A stretch of 64,000 nucleotides of DNA from a virus (lineage: Duplodnaviria; Caudoviricetes), in the IMG/VR virus record IMGVR_UViG_3300030376_007544, positions 64,361 through 128,360 of that record; one strand, 5' to 3'. Below, piece after piece: positions 28,597 through 38,500 of this stretch. The number at the start of each line of letters is the position of its first letter. The first letter of the stretch is position 1. The notes below the pieces were generated by a model that saw nothing but the letters and a program-made list of their open reading frames with translations, was not told the origin of the DNA and did not search any database. The translations under genes were made by a program, and so were the position numbers.

Positions 28597-28935
28597 CTAG
28601 GAAGTTTCATCTGTTATAGATTTATACCATTCATTAAAATTTGGGTCATCTACAGGTATTACCTTAAGATCAACTAAGTCAACTTCCCATTTACTTCCAG
28701 ACATTGCCCATGCAATTTCCAGTGAGGGTTGGGCAGGTGCAACTCCTGTGTTTACCTCTAATCCATAGGTGTTTACAAAATAATTAACTACACAGGACTG
28801 TATGCCTTCATGGTAACATGGGGCATCTTCTGATGCTCCATATGGGCAAATGTTTGGAGTTACGTCTATTTCTGTGTTATTAACGTTGATAAGTATCCGA
28901 TGCCCATCAACATTCCAAGAAAGTTCTTTAATCAT
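28597..28935 (-). CDS. Hypothetical protein
   Basis: ATGA coupling. Confidence 0.7.
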   Translation of the reverse strand: MIKELSWNVDGHRILINVNNTEIDVTPNICPYGASEDAPCYHEGIQSCVVNYFVNTYGLEVNTGVAPAQPSLEIAWAMSGSKWEVDLVDLKVIPVDDPNFNEWYKSITDETS

Positions 28936-29126
28936 TTTTTCTTAGTGGGCGTGGTTTCTTCCTCATCGGCTGGAGGGTTAGAAAGTTCTTCAATCTGGGC
29001 AGAAAGCGTTGCGACAACTTGCTCGGCAACAAAAAGTTTTGCTTTTAGGTATATTATTTCTTTTTGTAACTCAACTGCATGTGTCCAAGTCGTATCTGCA
29101 ATTAGCCCATCGTCTGCTTCAAACAT
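28932..29126 (-). CDS. Small coiled-coil hypothetical protein
   Basis: TAATG coupling. Confidence 0.65.
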   Translation of the reverse strand: MFEADDGLIADTTWTHAVELQKEIIYLKAKLFVAEQVVATLSAQIEELSNPPADEEETTPTKKK

Positions 29127-29470
29127 TATCGTGTAACCTCTAAATCTAGGTAAAAGTTTCCTTCAACTACTCTTTCAACTGTTCCATCAGAAGCAATTAT
29201 TTCCAAATCGTACACGCCACTCTCTGCTAGCGATGCAGTATCTGAGGCGGAAATCGACAAAGCAATCTCCCCACTACTGTTCAAGGAAATACGCCCATTA
29301 GTAGTAGTAAGCTCAATAAGTGTGCTTGAAGACGAAACTAAGCGTCTTACCTGCATGCGTGCAGTATAACCGCTTAAGTTCCTAGCATTGCCACTACTGT
29401 CTTTAACTGTTAAAGTTCTGCTAAATGTAGCGCCTTGTTCACAAGTAATATCGTATGCTCCGGCAGACAT
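29126..29470 (-). CDS. Small beta-rich tail-associated protein, paralog of 19969-20310
   Basis: YDITCEQGATF...ARMQVR...GVYDLEI; AAGGAGG RBS. Confidence 0.75.
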   Translation of the reverse strand: MSAGAYDITCEQGATFSRTLTVKDSSGNARNLSGYTARMQVRRLVSSSSTLIELTTTNGRISLNSSGEIALSISASDTASLAESGVYDLEIIASDGTVERVVEGNFYLDLEVTR

Positions 29471-29504
29471 AACTAAACCTCCTTGGTAGTTATATTATAC
29501 CTAA

Positions 29505-29708
29505 TTACTTACTACTTTTGGACTCTTTCGCAGGGGCTTCTTCAACTGGCTCTGGAGCATTTGCTAGGGCTTGCGCCTCAGTAATAGCTTGATTTAGAGC
29601 CGCCCGAAGAGTGGCGTTTTCCGCTGTAAGTGTTTTAATTTGCTCAAGCAAATTCTCCATCACGGCATTAGGGTCAATATTAATTGAGTTATTTGATGTA
29701 TCAGTCAT
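29505..29708 (-). CDS. Small coiled-coil hypothetical protein
   Basis: Leaderless start behind TTGACA-17-TAGTAT (29716-29744). Confidence 0.7.
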   Translation of the reverse strand: MTDTSNNSINIDPNAVMENLLEQIKTLTAENATLRAALNQAITEAQALANAPEPVEEAPAKESKSSK

Positions 29709-29744
29709 AATACCTATACTACTAAATATTTATATGGTTGTCAA

Positions 29745-29813
29745 CTATAACATTGCTCCAGCACCGATGCACCAGAGAATTCCCCCTATTAGTAGGAGCC
29801 ACCCAAGTCCCAT
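29745..29813 (-). CDS. 22-aa hydrophobic peptide (MGLGWLLLIGGILWCIGAGAML), not in the ORF track
   Basis: Starts 1 nt after the upstream stop and fills the gap. Confidence 0.45.
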   Translation of the reverse strand: MGLGWLLLIGGILWCIGAGAML

Positions 29814-29814
29814 A

Positions 29815-30024
29815 CTACCTACGTCTCATTTCAGTATTCAAGTAACGAAGGTTGTCGCTTGTGTCAGTTTTAAACAAAAATGGAAATATGGCATGAATAA
29901 TACCTAAACATGCTGTCCAGATCAACAAAACTGCGGTGCTAATAGCAAAAGCAAAATGTTGCAAATAGGTCATATTATTTGACTTCGGGTGATTTATGAA
30001 TGCCCCCTGAAGTTTCTTCAGCAT
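29815..30024 (-). CDS. DUF6356-like small membrane protein (start MLKKL)
   Basis: F..HP.S..MTY.QH..FA...IIHAIFPFLF..T.S pattern. Confidence 0.65.
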   Translation of the reverse strand: MLKKLQGAFINHPKSNNMTYLQHFAFAISTAVLLIWTACLGIIHAIFPFLFKTDTSDNLRYLNTEMRRR

Positions 30025-30145
30025 TCTTTCCCCTTTCAACTTCTTCAACTTTCTTTGGTTTTTTCAGAGCTTTTCTAATTATCTCAGCATATGGTGGTTT
30101 TTCACCATACGACTCAATTGGTACAGAATCCCACATATCTGGCAT
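29975..30145 (-). CDS. Small hypothetical protein (MPDMWD...)
   Basis: AGGAAG before the ATG, directly after trx; overlaps the next gene by 50 nt. Confidence 0.5.
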   Translation of the reverse strand: MPDMWDSVPIESYGEKPPYAEIIRKALKKPKKVEEVERGKNAEETSGGIHKSPEVK

Positions 30146-30146
30146 T

Positions 30147-30533
30147 TTATGCTTCCTTTGTTTTAACCTCTGTAAAAGATGCAAGATCTTTTTCTAGGTT
30201 GTCCAAAGATCTAGCACCAACTAAGCGTTCTTGTTCTTTACCATCAACAAAAACTAACATTGTTGGTATGTTTACGATATCAAAGCGCTCTTGTAGGAGT
30301 GGTGCTTTATCAACTTCAACTTTAATAACCTGAACTTCATCAGCATATTTAGCGGCAAAGTCATCAAGAATGGGGGCCTGCATGTCACATGGACCACACC
30401 ACGATGCCCAAAAGTCCACTACAACTGGTTTCGATGCTGTTGTGATTAGTTGATCGAAATGCTTTTCCTCAACTGGCAACGCAAAGCCTTCGGCAAGGAC
30501 TACTCTTTTTACTGTGTTTTGTTTACGAGTCAT
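30147..30533 (-). CDS. trxA: Thioredoxin
   Basis: VVVDFWASWCGPC and IPT motifs; leaderless promoter TTGATT-17-TATCAT. Confidence 0.95.
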   Translation of the reverse strand: MTRKQNTVKRVVLAEGFALPVEEKHFDQLITTASKPVVVDFWASWCGPCDMQAPILDDFAAKYADEVQVIKVEVDKAPLLQERFDIVNIPTMLVFVDGKEQERLVGARSLDNLEKDLASFTEVKTKEA

Positions 30534-30568
30534 GTATCTATGATACCATCATAAATACACTAAATCAA

Positions 30569-30643
30569 TTACTCTTCCCAGCAACAACATCCACAGTTGC
30601 AGTCTTGGGTACACACACAAGCTTCACACTCACATTCTTTCAT
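30569..30643 (-). CDS. 24-aa Cys-rich metallothionein-like peptide (MKECECEACVCTQDCNCGCCCWEE), not in the ORF track
   Basis: GAGGGGG RBS; 9 Cys in CxC/CC arrangement. Confidence 0.7.
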   Translation of the reverse strand: MKECECEACVCTQDCNCGCCCWEE

Positions 30644-30653
30644 TAAGCCCCCT

Positions 30654-31274
30654 CTATGTTTCTTGTTCTATAAAAGTTGTAATAATTGTTTTATGACCAC
30701 TCAAAGGAATTTCTCCTCTATGCGGATACAGCCAATGGACAGGGAAAATTAAAACTCTTCCAGCCTTCGGTTCAACACTTAACCCATGCTTAGTGAACGT
30801 TGTTTCGCCACCAACTTCTACATCATTCAAATACAAAAGAACCGCTAAAAAACGATCCTTTGTTGAATTAAAAGGCCCGCCATCTACATGCTCTGCATAA
30901 AAACCGTGACCTTCTTCATAGCGTTGAACTTGGAATCCTGTATCACGCAGAGGCCATGCCAACTGAGCCAAACCGTCATATTTACTGACATAGTAGTTAA
31001 GCGCTTTGCTAATACTTTTGTGAAGTTCATCCTCGAACCATCCCAAACTGTATAAACCTTCGCCCATTTCTGAAGATAATGCCATATCTGAAGAATTTTT
31101 TATTCTGGTATCAACTCCTAGCATGGATTTACCTTCTGACAAAACATTGGAATCCCACAAGACATCCCAATGCTCAGTCAATGTAGCATCAACTTTGCCG
31201 CAAATATCAGGATCAACGAACCCATCGCAAACACCTACGCCTGCCCACTTGCCTAGCGGGAAATCTATATTCAT
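30654..31274 (-). CDS. 2OG-Fe(II) oxygenase, prolyl-hydroxylase-like (start MNIDF)
   Basis: HVD...LYLNDVEVGGET.F...PKAG..LIFP...HRG...K; ATGA coupling. Confidence 0.9.
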   Translation of the reverse strand: MNIDFPLGKWAGVGVCDGFVDPDICGKVDATLTEHWDVLWDSNVLSEGKSMLGVDTRIKNSSDMALSSEMGEGLYSLGWFEDELHKSISKALNYYVSKYDGLAQLAWPLRDTGFQVQRYEEGHGFYAEHVDGGPFNSTKDRFLAVLLYLNDVEVGGETTFTKHGLSVEPKAGRVLIFPVHWLYPHRGEIPLSGHKTIITTFIEQET

Positions 31275-32023
31275 GAGCCTGTAGGCATGAAGCCTATTAA
31301 TGATGTTTTTTGTATTAAAGGAAGAAGCCATTCTTCAACTATAGTCCCAGAAATATCAGGAGGATCATCTGCTACCTGAGCGTCAGTTTTACCTTCCAAA
31401 TACTTCTGAACTTTATTAGCAGGAACGTTTGTCCAAATCCATTCTCTAACATCGTCTGGCATTTCTAAACGTGTAAGCATGTTTTTACAAACATCAACCA
31501 TAGGTTCAGTGGAATCAAAGTCAGAACCTGCAACTTCCCATTCCATCATTAAGCGTAAGAGTTCCTGTATCGTTCTTGTTCCAGCAGAATGACGACCAGC
31601 AACTACTCTATTTTCTGCTTCGGTATCAGACGACTCAATATAAATGACTAACCCACCGCACTCTGGGCTACCGAAAACTGCGCTTAAATACTCTAATTCA
31701 TTAAAAGGAAGATCGTGATTACCTGTTAAAGAATGTGGAGCAGTATCTGCTCCACAATTACATTTCTTAGCCGTATCGTCCCAAACATGAAATGCTCTAG
31801 GACCATACTGATTCTTGCCAGAATCGCAGCGTCTATGCATTTCCCCATCTGAACCAAGTTCTTCATCTTCATCTATATCAGGGACCAAAGGTACAAAAGC
31901 GAAAAAGCCTTTAGTGTTATCTATAGTCCAAGTAGAACCATCTTCAGTGATAGTCCTAGTAGGCAACTTATTGTAATAACCTACACCACCAAGATGTTGA
32001 GGTTCTTCAGCGAACGTACCCAT
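31271..32023 (-). CDS. Hypothetical protein downstream of the fibre/spike gene
   Basis: GGAGG RBS; long ORF. Confidence 0.8.
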   Translation of the reverse strand: MGTFAEEPQHLGGVGYYNKLPTRTITEDGSTWTIDNTKGFFAFVPLVPDIDEDEELGSDGEMHRRCDSGKNQYGPRAFHVWDDTAKKCNCGADTAPHSLTGNHDLPFNELEYLSAVFGSPECGGLVIYIESSDTEAENRVVAGRHSAGTRTIQELLRLMMEWEVAGSDFDSTEPMVDVCKNMLTRLEMPDDVREWIWTNVPANKVQKYLEGKTDAQVADDPPDISGTIVEEWLLPLIQKTSLIGFMPTGS

Positions 32024-32034
32024 AATTTCCTCCG

Positions 32035-33747
32035 TTACGTTTTAATAATGAAACCAAATGGTTCCACATTTACAGTGGTGCTTATAGTGGACGAAGACAA
32101 AGAGTGGTTATGGTCCGCAGAGTTATCGCCGACAGTAACGTTGTGCGTATGCGCTCCAGTATTCCCAGTAGCAAAATTGTGCGAATGCGATCCAGCGTTG
32201 CCTAAATTATGTCCGTGGTTAGCATTAGTACTCATGTTGCCAGAAGTGGAGGTAGTTTGGCTACCAGAGTTACTCTTGCTGTAAGTATGCGTGTGGGCAA
32301 TATTGGCACTGTTCATATTGTGGGCATGGCTTCCAGCATTGCCTGTATTAGCGTTATGGCTATGGTTCCCATACTCATTCGTGTTTCCAGTATGTGAATG
32401 GTCAGCAGACTGGTTACCTAAACCTAAAGCGTCTAAAGCAGAAGAACCAGCCAACGTGGTAGCAGACGGAGTGGTGCTTAAAGCAATACCCATCGCCAAC
32501 CTATCAACAGGGTTAGGCAAATTAAATGTAGAAGAACCATCGCCAGTTCCATAACGAGTACCTATAATCGCAAACAAAGCAGAGTACGTCGTTCTTGAAA
32601 CTGCTGAACCATCACACTCAAGCCAGCCAGTAGGAGCAGAAGACCCAGACCACATGACAACTGCACCTGTAGGGGGAGATTGATCTTCCCATGCTACTCC
32701 GCTTCCTGTTGAAGTTAGAACTTGCCCATCAGAACCTTGACCGCCATTAATTTTATAATTAACTGCGTCTACAGTGTCTTTGACAATTAAAGCGTCTGCT
32801 GATTCGTCCCACAGCATGTATTTCCCAGAAGTCGCTCCGAAAAACTTAACATCTACGCCAGTGTCATCAACACCTACAGTTAAAGCACCATCTATTTGAA
32901 TAGTGCCAGCGACTTCCAAACCAGTGCCATTTATAAGCTTTAGAGCATCTGATGTAAAACGAGCAGAAATATTATTTGAACCCGCTTTCTGATGGGCTAT
33001 CTCAATAATACCATCTTCAGAACCATCCGAAGCATCATCAATCTTACCAGTTATCTTCGCATACATAACTTTCTGATCATTATCATTCTCACCTTGAAAC
33101 TTTATCTGACCTATATAGTCGGCATCAGCAGCGCTAGCACTGTTTCTGTATAATTCTAAAATCGGAGCAGCAGCAGAGCCAGCGTCAGTGTCAGTTAGTG
33201 TAACTGTAGATGTTCCATCAAATGTAAAGTTAGCAGAGCCTGCAAAAGAGCCAGAGTTGTTGTACTGTATTTGGCTTGTTGACCCACCCGGACTTGCTGA
33301 AGCAAGGTTAGCAATAGACTGAGCAGTAACATGCTTAGGGTTATCGCTATCGCTTGTGTCTGCAATAACAACCTTGTCATCCGTAGCAACAGTTACAGAG
33401 GAAAGTTCTGACGGGGCAAAGTTAACCGTAACATCACCCGAAGTGCCACCACCACTCAAAGCTGTGCCAGCAATAACAGATTCAATGTCCCCAGTGTTTG
33501 TGTCATCGCTCGTGAATGCCACAGGGTTTCCAGTGTTTCCTTCAATAAAACCAACAAACACATCGTCAGAAACAGACGGCGTGGGTCCTACAACAGGTAC
33601 ATTTTCATAAATGTTATCAAGACCTAATCTAGGAATTTTAACGTTTATCAAAGATCCATTTATAGAAGCAACCGTAGCCCTATAAATACCTCTAGGATTA
33701 ATACCTAATCCAGAATAATTGTTATTTCTAGAAGATCTTCTACTCAT
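32035..33747 (-). CDS. Central spike/fibre: gpV/gp5-like OB N-terminus, fibre modules, tail-collar domain and HxH needle
   Basis: GIYRATV...VKIPRL...P..SDDVFVGFIEG; PTGAVVMW...PTGWLECDG.AVSRTTYSALFA; 8 HxH motifs. Confidence 0.8.
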   Translation of the reverse strand: MSRRSSRNNNYSGLGINPRGIYRATVASINGSLINVKIPRLGLDNIYENVPVVGPTPSVSDDVFVGFIEGNTGNPVAFTSDDTNTGDIESVIAGTALSGGGTSGDVTVNFAPSELSSVTVATDDKVVIADTSDSDNPKHVTAQSIANLASASPGGSTSQIQYNNSGSFAGSANFTFDGTSTVTLTDTDAGSAAAPILELYRNSASAADADYIGQIKFQGENDNDQKVMYAKITGKIDDASDGSEDGIIEIAHQKAGSNNISARFTSDALKLINGTGLEVAGTIQIDGALTVGVDDTGVDVKFFGATSGKYMLWDESADALIVKDTVDAVNYKINGGQGSDGQVLTSTGSGVAWEDQSPPTGAVVMWSGSSAPTGWLECDGSAVSRTTYSALFAIIGTRYGTGDGSSTFNLPNPVDRLAMGIALSTTPSATTLAGSSALDALGLGNQSADHSHTGNTNEYGNHSHNANTGNAGSHAHNMNSANIAHTHTYSKSNSGSQTTSTSGNMSTNANHGHNLGNAGSHSHNFATGNTGAHTHNVTVGDNSADHNHSLSSSTISTTVNVEPFGFIIKT

Positions 33748-34781
33748 TCTACTATTCCCATGATCTTATCCCATGTCAAAGGACCTACTATTCCATCTGC
33801 TGTTAATCCATTGGCGGATTGGTACTTTATAACAGCAGCTTTAGTCAATGGACCAAAGTCTCCATCACTTGTCACCCCAACCGCTATTTGTATTCTCTTT
33901 ACACACTCGCCTTTAGATCCCTGTTGAAAGTTCTCTAAAGCGCAAGCCATGTCATCTGAATCTAGAACATTTGTCCCACTCACACTCACTATTGAAGTTG
34001 GTCCTGCTTGAAAAGTTACTCGATCAACCATATACTTACCCTCATAATGTGGTACGCCTTTTATTTCAAAAGAAGCGCCTGGGTAGATTGATAAAGTTGA
34101 AGAATTTTGAATTAGAGACAACTGTGCTGTCGATGCCTTTTTTGTATCAGTTGATCTTTTTAATGCAACCCTTGAACCAAAATATGCATCCGTAGAATCA
34201 GAAGGTATGTTAATAGTAAAAGAATCTGTGTTTGAAACAATAAACTCTTCTGATGCGAAATATAGTACTCCCTTTGCTTCAAAAAACCTAAAATCTAAAG
34301 CATTAGCCAACCTTCTTAAAACATCAAAAGTTGACTCATCTTTTTTATCATTATGTTCCCTAATAATTGCACCATCAACCGACGTGTCTTCCATAAACTT
34401 ATCTAAACCAAACTTATCTGCCATTAAAGAAGCAAACGTTGATGGTGATATCTGCCCCCAAGACATTGGTCCTCTGTCTCTTCGCATCGCTTGAGTTGCT
34501 TGAAGCCTTGCGGTAAAGTTTACACTATCCGTGTTTCCATGAACTAGGTCTACATCAGATATTTCAAAAAGTTGTGATAAGTATTCAACAGTACGTCCAA
34601 TCATAAAATAGTTGTTTCTGTACATTTCAAAATCAGCGTCATGCACGCTCACGGTAATTTGACTCACCATACTAGCAGATAAGTCGTATGAAAGTCTGGT
34701 GGTGGACTCATGTATCTCAACAATCTTATCGCCAATTTCACCTATTTTCAAAGAGTCAACAGAAGTTGTTACAGTAACCAT
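33744..34781 (-). CDS. Baseplate hub (gpD/gp27-like) with C-terminal peptidoglycan-binding domain
   Basis: ESTFDVLRRLA..LDFRFFE..GVLYF; GSKG..VKRIQ...DGDFGP.T..AV..YQ..NGL..DGIVGP.TW. Confidence 0.75.
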   Translation of the reverse strand: MVTVTTSVDSLKIGEIGDKIVEIHESTTRLSYDLSASMVSQITVSVHDADFEMYRNNYFMIGRTVEYLSQLFEISDVDLVHGNTDSVNFTARLQATQAMRRDRGPMSWGQISPSTFASLMADKFGLDKFMEDTSVDGAIIREHNDKKDESTFDVLRRLANALDFRFFEAKGVLYFASEEFIVSNTDSFTINIPSDSTDAYFGSRVALKRSTDTKKASTAQLSLIQNSSTLSIYPGASFEIKGVPHYEGKYMVDRVTFQAGPTSIVSVSGTNVLDSDDMACALENFQQGSKGECVKRIQIAVGVTSDGDFGPLTKAAVIKYQSANGLTADGIVGPLTWDKIMGIVE

Positions 34782-34816
34782 ACTGTTATTGTACCATTCC
34801 TATGCCTTGATTACAA

Positions 34817-35596
34817 TTAAGGCATTAAAGTGTCTTCAAAGGATTGATCATACAACTCAGCCAACAATGAAGTATATCGTTGAGCTTGGGCGAAGTTTGT
34901 TATCGAGTCTGGATCAGGTAATTCGCCCCTACGCCTTGCTCGCTGAATAAGTTGTTGATATCGTACAGGCTGTTGCATTGATGACCACAGTATCTCCAAC
35001 GCCTCGTCTTCAGGATCCGTTGGAGGCGGTGGTGGAATTGCCTTCGTGTATGTTGGGGTTCTATAAACAGCCAAAAGTTCTGCAATCTCTTGATTTATAC
35101 TAGGTAATTCAGTTAATTGAAAACTGGCTTCCGCCCTTGTTGGCTCACCAGAAGTATTCCTATACTGAACAGCATAACTAAATTTAGTTATAGCAACAAA
35201 AAAAGATAACGACGTGTGTCCATAAACAAACTTGCAACTATACCCATTTTCTGCTATTTTTGTCAGGTCATCTAAAAGGTCTACAACTGGTAAAACTCCA
35301 CCACTTTCCTTATCGGCAATAACCGCCTTAAAAGTAACAGTGCTTAATTGCTGGTTCTGCTTTGCTAAAATTGGCTTTTTACCTGGTCTAGCAATCTGAA
35401 CAAACTTAGTTTCAAGAGTGTCATAACTTATATCTCGTGGTCCAAAAGGAAAAGCTACTTCAATATCAGCATTTTCACCTTCATCATTTTGAACCCCTGT
35501 CGTCCTCAAGACAGCACGCTCAGGATTTACTGTTCTAATTACAGGTGGTGATCCAGTAGGTAAATCAGTTACCCATGTTGTTGTTACAAAAGGCAT
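34817..35596 (-). CDS. Tail tube initiator/baseplate (gpU-like) protein
   Basis: Directly after the tape measure; FPFGP..ISY...QIARPGKKP motif. Confidence 0.55.
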   Translation of the reverse strand: MPFVTTTWVTDLPTGSPPVIRTVNPERAVLRTTGVQNDEGENADIEVAFPFGPRDISYDTLETKFVQIARPGKKPILAKQNQQLSTVTFKAVIADKESGGVLPVVDLLDDLTKIAENGYSCKFVYGHTSLSFFVAITKFSYAVQYRNTSGEPTRAEASFQLTELPSINQEIAELLAVYRTPTYTKAIPPPPPTDPEDEALEILWSSMQQPVRYQQLIQRARRRGELPDPDSITNFAQAQRYTSLLAELYDQSFEDTLMP

Positions 35597-38500
35597 TAGT
35601 TATTATCCTCTGCTTCCGCTGCCACAGCTGCGTTTACTTCAGTACGTATTTCAAGCATTACCGTGTCAACTCCACGACCCTCAACTGTTTCAGCATTAAC
35701 AATAACTTGAGTCCCCAAGGCTGTGTTGTCAGCAATTGTCTTCAGCCAGTCATTTTGATCCTGAGTGTACTGACCAGTTTCCGTCATGAAATTAAGTAGC
35801 ATTTGCTGTGATGCCTCTTGACCGATAACGGCTTCAATTCCAGCAAGATCACCACTCATTATAGCGTCAATGTAGCCTTGATTGTCACGGTTTCTCATGA
35901 AGTCCCTGTTGTCCTCATGGTGCATTACGTATTGACCAAACGCCTTTGAGTCAAACCCTTCAAGCATGTCTGGGGTTAACTCAGATATGCCTCTGTCTCC
36001 AAAGAAGACACCCTTATATATGTCTCTATTTTTATCCACTTGCTTTAGCGCTGCATCAATTTCATTAGGTGACATGCCTTCCAGTTGAGATACGGGAATT
36101 CCAGAATTATCGGAAATTAACTCCAGTTGTCTCTCTTGCTGTCCAATTATATCAAAGTTGCCAACAACATCAACATCACCAAATGCTCCCTCCGCTTGCA
36201 AGTTTCTTATGGATTGAAGTACGGAATAACCAGCCAAGTCAGCGCTTCCACCCATAGCAACTTCTGCGATGGCTGCTGATTCAATGAAGTCCATAAGCAA
36301 ACTTTCATCCATCATACCACTTTCTTTAAATGCGTTTAAAGCAGCATTAGCCGAAGCAGATCTATTCGTCATACCAACCATACTGGTACTAAAGTCTATA
36401 TCGCCAACAAAAGATCTTCCTCTGTCGATAGGATCAAGATTAAAAAGATTCATTAACACACCGACAGCAGACTCGTTAAAGTCTGTATAAGCATCAAGAT
36501 TAAGGGCGGTCATAAAGCCTTCAATCTGCTCTGCTGTCGCTCCAGTTATTTCCGCAACAGCATTCATCTGCCTAAAATAAAGATCTTCTGCTTCTAATAA
36601 GTTAGCTTCAAGTTCATCAAGTAGCCCTGATTCCAATAAAATACCAAAAAGATTGTCCTGATGAACTGACTCAGGGGCTATGCCGAAGTTATTAACTAAA
36701 AACTTACCAAAGTCAGCAGTGTCACCTTCAAACGAACCATCCTCTTCTATTTTCATTCGTCCATATTCATCTTGACCAGCCAGTATAGCCGCTTGCCAAT
36801 CTTCGTGTATCGATGCTTGTTGTTGGTATGCTTCGAAGCCTGAACCCGCCTCAAAAGATGTGACGGTGTCCATTATTCTGTCACCTTGTTTCACTGCTTC
36901 TTTTTTTATTTTTTCTTGACCTTTTCCGGCGGCAATCCATTCACCAACACCACCAACAATAGCACCTAATATACCACCGACCAGTGGACCAATGAGAGGT
37001 ACCACTTGTCCGATCATTGCGCCTGCCATGGCTCCGTGAAGCGCACCGCCAAATCCCATGTCTCCAGTTTGGGCTGCATTCCCCCAAGTGTCTGCTACCG
37101 ACATACCTGAAAAAACTGCACCAACACCTGGAAGTGCTTTACCTCCTGCAAATTTACCAAACTTGGAAATCCCTTGACCAAGCCTTGATCCGCCAATAGC
37201 TCTACCAAGATTAGACGTACGCTCGTAACCACTATAAAGCATGTTCCCTGTACCACGTATACCACGTTGGGCGTACTCTCTTGGCAATCCCCACCTGCTA
37301 CCGGCAAGATTCACCCTTTGAGACATCATTCTATCTACTGTGCCTCCAGTTCCTGTCCAAGCGCGCTGAGTTGCAGTCATTCCACGACCCCAAGCAGCTC
37401 TAGCGCCTGTCCTAACTCCATTAGCTGCAGTCGCACCTGGAACAAACGTTCCTCCTGCTCTAGCAGCAGCTGTGCCAGCCTTAGCCATGGCACGACCCTT
37501 ACCAAATATTCCTAACTTTCGACCACCCATATACATGGCACCCACCGCTAGGAGGCTTCCTAAGCCATTATCGCCACCTATAGAGTTTATCAAGCCAGCT
37601 ATCTGTACAACAGCAGACACAAGAGATGACACAACAGGCGCAAGGTAATTCAATACAGTAGCCAAGGTATTAAGAGCATCAGGTAGTTCTTCAAGGATAG
37701 GAAAAATAGTATTAAACAAATTAAACATGGCAGGAATAACATTATTTGCTAACGAGTTCAAAACGTTGTTAATTAAAGGAAGTTTATCAAAGAATCCTGT
37801 CTGGCCATTAGACAAGCGATCAAACAAAGAACCTATAACGTTACCAATGGCTTCACCAAACTTAATAAAGTTATCGGCATTACCCGTCATAAGTTGCCTA
37901 AACTCTGCGAAAAGACCTCTACCTCCAGCGGCACTACCCATTGCTTTAAACATGTCTAACAATAAGTTGGCTGCAGGCTCAAACTTATTAAACCATGCAC
38001 CCATGGATTCAAAGAAGTCTCTAACTCCTACAAAGAAGTCAACGAAACTTTTTCCCATTTCTTCAATTCGATCAATGTCTTCCAAAACATTTTCTCGAAC
38101 CCAACCAGAGATAGCTCTAATAGTGGTAACCAATGTAGGAGCAAACGAACCTTCACCAAATTTTTGAATTATCGAAGCCATAGCGATAATATCGTTTTTG
38201 ATAATGTTAGATATTTCTAAAAATGTATCTCGGAATGGACCAAGAAGAGGCTCGCCTAAGTCAGCAAACAATCCCTTTTGACTAGCAAACTGAGTTTTTG
38301 CGGTTCCTATTAACGTACCACCCATGTTTTGAGATAGCCCTTGATAACTTGAAGCAGTTGCTGCGCCAGAACTAACAGCGCCAATAAGACCAGCCATAGT
38401 GGTGACTCCGCCTAAAGAACCTTTGTTAAAGCCTTGTGCGCCTTGAACTGCTGTTTTAGCATCAGCAAAGCTTCTAGATCCAATAGCAGCAGCCAATGAA

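Noticed and set aside
16546-32878. Duplicated fibre DNA as a DGR template/variable repeat pair
   Set aside because: Differences are mostly synonymous and not adenine-specific, both copies are internal coding sequence, and there is no reverse transcriptase in the window.
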